From Octopus bimaculoides (Eukaryota), in NCBI RefSeq assembly GCF_001194135.2, contig NC_068994.1:6647292-6711291 (forward strand): a DNA stretch of 64,000 nucleotides, written 5' to 3'. Below the pieces are notes generated by a model. That model worked only from the letters and a program-made list of their open reading frames with translations. It searched no databases and was not told the origin of the DNA. The first letter of the stretch is position 1. Each line of letters opens with the position of its first letter. Position numbers and translations under genes: made by a program. Shown here piece after piece: positions 37,201-46,200 of this stretch.

Positions 37201-40200
37201 CCCACGGTCACTTGCTTAGTCCGGGAATCAAGTCCACGGTCGCTTGATCATGAACTTAACACCCTAACCATTAGGCCACATGCCTTCACATAAGCATAAT
37301 TAGTGGCATAGAAACATAAGTGTAAATGTAGACATCTTGGACTTACCAAAGCTGCAAAGTACTCCGTGTCCGTTTCTTTACCATTGTTCTCTTTGATCAC
37401 TTCGGTGACAGCAGCAAGCACGGCAGCAATCTGCCAAATAAAGAACACAAGACATCGGTCAAGAAATTCTTGAAGCAACAATAATAGTAATCCTTTCTAA
37501 TTAGAGGCACAAAACCTGAAATTTTAAGGGAGAGGTTTTAGTTGAGGACATCGACCCCCCACCCCAACGGGGTTCAACTGGTGTGTAATTTATCGACCCT
37601 GAAACTGATGAAAGGCAAAGTCGACCTGGATGGAATATGAACTCAGAATGTAAGGATGGATGAAATGCTGTTAAGCGTTTTGTATGGCGTGCTAATGATT
37701 CTGCCAGCTCACCACCTTAACGAGAATAACAATAGCCCTTTCTACTACAGGCACAAGACCTGAAATTTTGGGAGAGGGGGCTAGTTGATTACATTGACCC
37801 CCGAAAAGGATAAGGCAGAGCGGACCTCGGCAGAATTTGAACCCAGAATGTAAAAATGGATGAAACACAGATAAGCATTTTCGTCGGTGTGCTAACGACA
37901 TTACTGGCTCAGTGCCTTAATAATAATAATAATAATAATAATAATGATGATGATTTCAAATTTTAACACAAGGTCAGTAATTTCAGGGGAGAGTGTAAGT
38001 TGATTACAATCAACGCCAGTACACAACTGGTACTTACTTTATTGACCCTGAAAGGATGAAAAACAAAGTTGACCTTGGCAGAATTTGAACTCAGAGCATG
38101 GAGACAGGTGAAATATTAATAAGCACCCTGCCCCACATGCTAACGATTCTGCCAGCTCACCACCACCATAATAATAACAAGCAACACCAATGTCCTCTCA
38201 ATGATTAGCCAGAGATGATTTTTAAAAGGAATATATCTGACATAAGCTCGACTGCTCTCACAAGCGAGAATAATAAAAATGAACCTGACTGCTCTCAACA
38301 ATTAAGTAAAAAAAACAGGAAAAATAATCCAGAATCTTTGTCCGGTACCACATCGATCCCAAAATCTAATCAGTCCATGCCAGTCATGAGGTCAAACATC
38401 CTTGAAAGTTTCATCCGAATCCATCCAGTGGTTCTTGAGATATCTTGTCCATGGACAAACAAACACAACTGAAAACAATACCTCTGCCTTCGTTAAAGCG
38501 GTGGCAATAATGGTTTCTAATTTTGGTACAAGATCACAAACCATGAAAGGTAATACAATGCTGCTAGTCATTAATATTTTCTCTGGCTTCTGAATTCCAT
38601 TAATGTTCTGCAATGCTAAAAATAATTATAGAGTAACAATGCAATCACAAACTTGGTGGACAGATGCAGGTATATAGAGGTTGGCTAGATGGGTTTACAT
38701 AATTAATAACAGAACAAAGAACAAAAATAATCCATTATCAATATTTTTCCAATCATGAAAGATAAGCTGTGTTAGTTGTGATATCTTCATGGTTTCCCTT
38801 GGAGATTCTACCATTTCTGTGGTGGTGGTGGTGGTGGTGGTGGTGTGTTGCTGTGAGGATTAGCAGGATTCAGTAGTGTGTGGCAGTATAGGTGGTGCTG
38901 GAGATTAAAGGTTAGCAATAACATTTAGAAACAGTACTTCAGGAGATCAGATGATTAAGGGCTGACAAAGAAGCTGGTGATGTCAGCCCGTTGATAACAT
39001 TATCTGGATTAACAAAAGTACTTCATCATCATCATTTAACGTCCGCTTTCCATGCTAGCATGGGTTGGACGATTTGACTGAGGACTGGTGAAACCAGATG
39101 GCTACAGCAGACTCCAATCTGATCTGGCAGAGTTTCTACAGCTGGATGCCCTTCCTAGTGCCAACCACTCAGAGAGTGTAGTGGGTGATTTTACGTGCCA
39201 GTCCGGTGGTACTGGCAACAGCCACGGTCAGATGGTGTTTTTTATGTGCCAGCTGCACAGGAGACAGTCCAATATTTTGTTCACGTGCCACCAGCACAAG
39301 TGCCAGTGAGGTGAAGCTGGAAATGATCACGCTCAAATGGTGCTTTTTACGTGCCACTGGCACGGAAGCGAGACCGCTGCTCTGGCAGTGATCCTGCTCG
39401 GATGGTGCTGTCAGCGCTCCACTGGCACGGGTGCCAGTCATCGAATTTGGTTCAGTGAGGATGAATAAGATCAATATACACTCAGTATTTTGTTTGTATT
39501 CCCAGTCCATATATAATCTTTCCCAAAGCTATAATTCAAACCATTTATCACAAAGAGTCTATTTAACCCTTTAGCATTCAGATTGTTTTGAATTACTCGT
39601 GCTCAAAATGGCTTTCAACAGTGTTTTTTTCTTTGAATATTGGAAAAGAGTTACCTCTATCATGATGATTCACAACAGATATCGAAATGCTGACACCAGG
39701 ATAGCTTCTCCATGTTTTGTAAACGCTGTAAGACGTGACATGGGACAGCAAGAGAGACTGCAAAGCTGTGGCCAGCAGGGAAGGACACAGCAGGCATTCT
39801 GACTGCATCTGCACATCAGAATTTATCCAACAACTGCAGGACAAGGTGATGGAAAATCCAAGCAAGGGAATCCAGGGTCTGGTGAGAGAGATGGGTGCTA
39901 AAGTTGCCAACATGAAACTGGCCCTGAATGAGGACCTTTGCTAACATTCCTACAAAAAGGCACAAAAGACAAATTCTGACAGCCAAGGAGAACCACTTGA
40001 TGAAAGCAAAGAAGGTTCTGAACAAGCTGAGACATCTAGCTGAGCTGGGGGTCCTTCTCAGATGAAAAAAAATTCTACCGGGACCAGTTGAACAACATCC
40101 ATAACAACAGGTGGCTTGCCTACAATCCTCGTGATGCCTCACATCTGAAAACCAAGTTCCACCAAACTGTGATGATCTTTGAGTGGGTCTCCAGTAAAGA

Positions 40201-43200
40201 TGATGTCATGCTGTTCCTCATCTTTTGACAGGGCCTTGGGCTACATTCTGGCAGTTATGTGAAACCCTGGCTGGAGAGGGTTACTACTGGAAGGCCATAT
40301 GCGTGACAGCAAGATTCTGTTCCTTTTAAGGTGGCGAGCTGGCTGAAACGTTAGGACACCGGGCGAAATGCTTAGCGGTATTTCGTCTGCCGTTACGTTC
40401 TGAGTTCAAATTCTGCCAAGGTTGACTTTGCCTTTCAGCCTACTGGGGTTGATATAACCGACTTAATCCCTTTGTCTGTCCCCTCTATGTTTAGCCCCTT
40501 GTGGGCAATAAAGAAATAAAGATTCAGCTCCTTGCCATACTTCTGGAAAGAGTCACATATTTATGGTTGTCGAGAGTTTCTATGACTTCACCAGCCCCAA
40601 TTTCTGATCTCATAATTCCTCTGATTGTAACCCTAGGCAGCATGGTTGAGAAAGAACCAACTGTTCTGCTTACAACACCTAGGCTAAGCTGGTGGCCAAG
40701 ATGAAGAAGGTGTTCGAAGATCTTCCCAGGGACACAGTGAGGAATACATGTGCCAGGTTCTGGAGTTGTCTTAAGGCCATGGTGGAAGCTGAGCAGTGGC
40801 TACTTCTTGTAAACTTATCTCCCAGCCATAATCTAGTTGATATCTTTTGATTCTTTAAAAAACTTTTATTTTTGGACAGGATATTGTGTATTTTTTTTCC
40901 CCTTTTAATGCAAAAAGTCAAATCTAGTCTGAACATCCTGTATAATTGATTTATCCAAAGACAACTCACTATAATTACTTCCTCTGTTCTACACTGTGTA
41001 AATCCTTCCAAGCTACTTGCTGAAACCATATCACTAATTACCTGATGACTGGAAGGCGGACGTTAAACGATGATGATGAGGGTTTAGTGTGAATAGTTCC
41101 TTTGTCCCTTTAACCCTTTAGCGTTCAGATTATTCTGTCAAATCGGTCCTTATTTATTCACATTGTTTTGAACTACGCATGTATCTAGTAAGCATGTATA
41201 TTTTTTGAATGATATCATAGGATAAGCACAAGAGGTAGGATCTGGGCTATTTTGAACATAAAACAGGCAGAATATTTGGGTTGAATATAGCTGGTTCAAA
41301 TGCTATAGACTTTTTTTTTTTCTTTTACGTGTTCTTAAAGTAACAACATTCCCCTTTGATGCAAGAAGAAGCTCAATTATATTAGCAAATTTTGGGACAG
41401 ACTGGCCCTAATAGTTTATCAAGTCTAAATATTTTTTCAATTTGATTTTCTTTTTCTTGATTTAGGGAAACTAATCTGTTGAAATTTCAGAGATATCCAA
41501 CAAGTGATTTCATCTGAGGTTGTGTGTTGAAACTAAAGAAATTACAGCATGGAAGACATACGTTAGCCATTCAACAGCTCCACTGACAGTGACTAAGTTG
41601 TAGGTGGTGCGACGGATATTATGATAAAAAGCAATAAATATGGATATTCAGCATTTTTAATATTAAAAGGTGGTGAGCTGGCAGAAACATTAGCACACTG
41701 GGTGAAATGCTTAGAGGTATTTCATTTGTCTTTACGTTGTGAGTTCAAATTCCGCCGAGGTTGACTTTGCCTTTCATCCTTTCGAGGTCGATAAATTAAG
41801 TACCATTTACATACTGGAGTTGATCTAATCGACTGGCCCCCTCTCCCAAAATTTCGGGCCCTGTGCCTAGAGTTGAAAAGAATTGAAAGGCTCAATTCAA
41901 TGAAGGAGTAATTTCATCTTATTTCGTCAATTTATTCTGGCCTCTACAGAGATGAAACTACGTATTTTTGGTAGCTAATACCTTTCAATATAGACTAATA
42001 CTTGGTGACCATTAGTGCTAGTGCCACATAAAAAAACGTCTAGCCATAGAGACCACATCGAAGGTGCATGGTTTAGTGGTTAGGGTATTCGGCTCATGAT
42101 TGTAAGATCACGAGTTCAATTCCCAGTGATGTGTTGTGCCCTTGAGCAATACACTTTATTTTTCACGTTGCTCCAGTTCATTCAGCCAGCAAAAATGAGA
42201 AGTACCTCTATTTCAAAGGGGCCAACCTTGTCACATTTTGTGTTATGCTGAATCTCTCTGAGAACTACTTTAAGGGTACATGTATCTGTGGAGGGCTCAG
42301 CCACTTGCATATTAATTTCATGAACAAGCTGTTCTGCTGGTTGGAACAACTAGAACCCTTGCTGTTGTAACCAACAGAGTGTCAGTTATAGAAACCAGGC
42401 CAAAGCAGACATTTGTTGTTTGGTGCAGTCCTCTAACCCATGCCGGTATGGAAAATGGATGTTAAACGATGAGGAGAATGACCCTGCAAAATGTCAGAAA
42501 ATGTAGTTGCTATATTTAAGCTATATTTACTCCCAAGGAATTGGTGGGTCCAGGTTTATAATGGAAGACAATTTCCTAAGGAAACACACAGCGGAATTGA
42601 ACCCAAAACAAAATGATTGCAAAGCATGCTTCTTAACCACACGGCCATGCCGATGCATATTGAAGGAATTTTGTTTCTAAAGCAAATAGCTGATACAACA
42701 ATTATAGTATTACAGCCTTTACTGGTGGTAAATAGGCCAGAAACTTAGTAGCAGGATGTGCCCTTTAGAATATCTGCATTGATTAACCTAAAGATATAAA
42801 AGACTGAGGTGAAGTGCTCAGTTTGCTTTCTAAAGTTGTGAATTGGTGGAGTTGTAACCTGGCTAGACACAAATGCCTTGCCATATTTGTTTACTGCTTC
42901 TCAACCACATGATTCTGGGTTCATTCCCACTGCACGGTACCTTGGGCAAGTGTCTTCTACTGCAGCCTCAGTCCGAACAAAGTCTTGTGAGTGGATCTGG
43001 TAGATGGAAACTGAAAGAATCCTGTGTGTGTGTGTGTTTCTTTGTGCCTGTATTTGACAACCAGTGTTGGTGCATAACATTGCAGTTTGGAAAAAGAGAT
43101 TGATAGAATAAGTACCAGGCTTTAGGAAAAACAAGTATTGGGGTTGATTCATTCAACAAAAAGAAATTCTTCAAGGTAGAGCCCCAGCATGGCCACATTC

Positions 43201-46200
43201 TAATGACAGAAATAAGTAAATTGAAAAAGATAAAAAATACTTTAGGTATAAACTACAGTTTGATAATTGTTCCATGACTTATTACTTGGCTGAGGGCTTC
43301 AAAATCAGAAGAACTGCTTTAATTGGTAGAAATAACTGCTTAAATTTCTTTGAATAACATTCTGCCGTTTTAAGAAAAATAAAAAAAATGATACACTGGT
43401 TAATGAAGTCCTAGATATATTGTGTCTGAATAAAAGACATTACTGGGATACTTCTGGTCAGAGGTTTGTGCATCTGACATAGAGGTTAACACAACAGTAA
43501 TGGCAACAACATTTAAGCAAGGTTCAGACAGTTTGACTGGAGCTGGTAGCCAGAGAGCTGCACCAGGCTCCAGCTGTCTGCTTTAGCATGGTGTCTATGC
43601 CTCCACGCCCTTCCTAATGCCAACCACTCCACAGAGTATACTGGGTGTCTTTTATGCGTCATCAGCAATGGCCATGGCCATGATTTCACTTAGCTTGACA
43701 TGTCTTCTCAAACACAACAAATCGTCAGAAGCCTTGGTCACTTGTCATTGCTTCCATGAGACTCAACAACCAAAGATATTTCACCACCTTGTCCAACATC
43801 TTCCTGGATCTACCTCTTCCACTGGTTCCTTCCACAATTGGAGATTGGCACATCTTTATATAGCTGTCCTTGTCCATAGGCATTACATGACCATACCAGC
43901 AGTCTTCTCTCTTGCACACCACACACACAAATTTGAATTGTCTTTGCCATCCATTTGCCCAGTTTTCTCCATTGACATGAGAGAATTTATACTCAATACC
44001 TGTAATAGAGATATTGAATACAACACATCTCATGTAAAGGATATGACCTACATGCACGAGACAAACATGTACCACAAAAGCTGTACGACACACATGCACA
44101 ACACAAGAGTATTTATAAAATAATTCATGTGTCAAGGGTTATACATGTTTATTTCTCACATCAAGAGAATAATTTACTAGTTTTTTGGGCGACAAAGCTT
44201 ACAAAAAAAAAAAAAGAAAAGAAAAAAAAAAATCATGTAGGATCTTTTTGGCTTGGAACTACCTCTTGAGTTTACTGGAAATTTCTACACAGGTATGGCT
44301 TACTTTGCAAATATGTGCTTTCAAGTTCAGTCCCACTGTGTGGCACCTTGGGCAAGTGTCTTCTAATATAGTTCCAGATGACCACTGCCTTCTAAGTGAA
44401 TCTGGTAGACAGAAACTGCGGAAGCGTGTCTTTGTGCTTGCTACCCCAACTGACAATTGGTGTTAGTTTGTTTAAGCCACAGTTAGTAATTTGGAAAAAA
44501 AAAAAACTGATAGAATAAGCACCAAACTTAAAGAACGAAAATGGAAAAACAGACAATAAATAATGATGATTACAAAATCACTGATGCTGAAAATAATGAA
44601 AGAAACTAATAAACTAATGTATTGCAAATAAATTTTGCAATACATTACAAACCATAACCCATAGATGATTTCAGGTGGTCACTATATGATTCTGTAGTAT
44701 ATATGTATGCATGTATACACACACAAATAACACTGTCTGCTGGATGATAAGAATGGATAAAATCCCCCCACCCCCGCCACCACCAAATTCTATTTTTAAA
44801 GGTCACCGATTATTTCTATCAATTTCTTCAAAAACTGAAACTAGTTGCGATATTCATTAACTGGCATGAAAAACTACATCCATGTAGAAATTCTCGATAA
44901 AACCGAAAGAGATATTCAAACCAAGAAGATCGTCACAACATAATAATGTCAGATAGCAAATAGCCATGAACATAAAACTACCAATATGAGAGAAAGAAGG
45001 TTTGAAAATGCTGATGTGAAACAATCCTTAGGTGTCTTTGTCAAAGTTCTAGGGGTTCAATGAAAAAAAAATGCCAGCCAAGTTGGTCAGAGAGGGGCTT
45101 TTTTTTTTAATCATTATTAACTGACGTTCTTCCATATCACTCTTCTCAGCGCCTGTACAAACTAGAGAGGATTTAGTTCCGTAATTACATCATAACCGAG
45201 ACCACGAATCTTGGTTTCAAGAAAACCACATTCCAAAACGTGCGGAGAAAGAGAGAGAGATCAACGAATTGTTATTTTTACACAACACACACTGTTAGCA
45301 ATGTCATTTTCAATTCATTTTCCATGCATCAAATGCTATCAAGGGAGATAACTATTCAGTGTGTACAACTCCGCCAGGCACGAACTCCTGACGTGATCAA
45401 TTTAAGAGTATAAATTTACGTATTTTAACACTTCTCTGTATACTTGAAAACCACGACGTTCGTATTCGATAAGGAATCAGGGTTTTGTTGATACAAACAG
45501 ATATACTGGCTCGGCATAGATAACATTACTGGTGCCCTGTTTCATTTACCAATCATATCACCCAAGCACAGAGAATGCCTGTCTTTTTTGTTACCCCATC
45601 AAGTGTCCTGTTATTCTCGGCGGTGAAACTATTGGGTAAAGAAGAAAAGTACAAGTTGTTTTTTTGTCTTTTTTTTTTTTTTTTTTTGAAATTTAAAAAA
45701 TTTCCTTCTTGAAGTTAGCCATCACTCATTTCAGCTTCACTCTCGCTAACCACATCGTTAGAATAGCTCTCGGCTTCGCTGGCCAAATATTCATCACCAC
45801 TGTCCAGGATTAATATAGAATTATCAGAATCACTTTCTTCCTCTTCTTCGTCATCCTCCTCCTCCTCCTCGTCATCCTCATCTTCATCCCCACTGCTGTC
45901 ATCATCATCATCATCGTCCTCATTGTCACCATTATCAGCCGAGCCATTGTTGCCAGCGTCACCACCAAAGGTGTCACCCTCACCAATCATATCACCAAAT
46001 CCACCGATTGTCCAGCCATCATCATCTACATTGCCGCCAAAATGTGGTCCAATGTTGACATAGATAGTAGAAAACACACTGCATCTTACCTCTTTGCTGA
46101 CAGCGTCACCGTTTGCCCTCAACCTGTGCACATTTCCAAACGTTGTATTTGTACATTCAGTGAAGTTTGTGACAAATGTCCTATAAGTGGATTTTCCAAT

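Noticed and set aside
37078-37246. CRISPR-like array of 32-bp repeats
   Set aside because: The units are head-to-tail with no unique spacers, there are no cas genes and the context is a eukaryotic intron.
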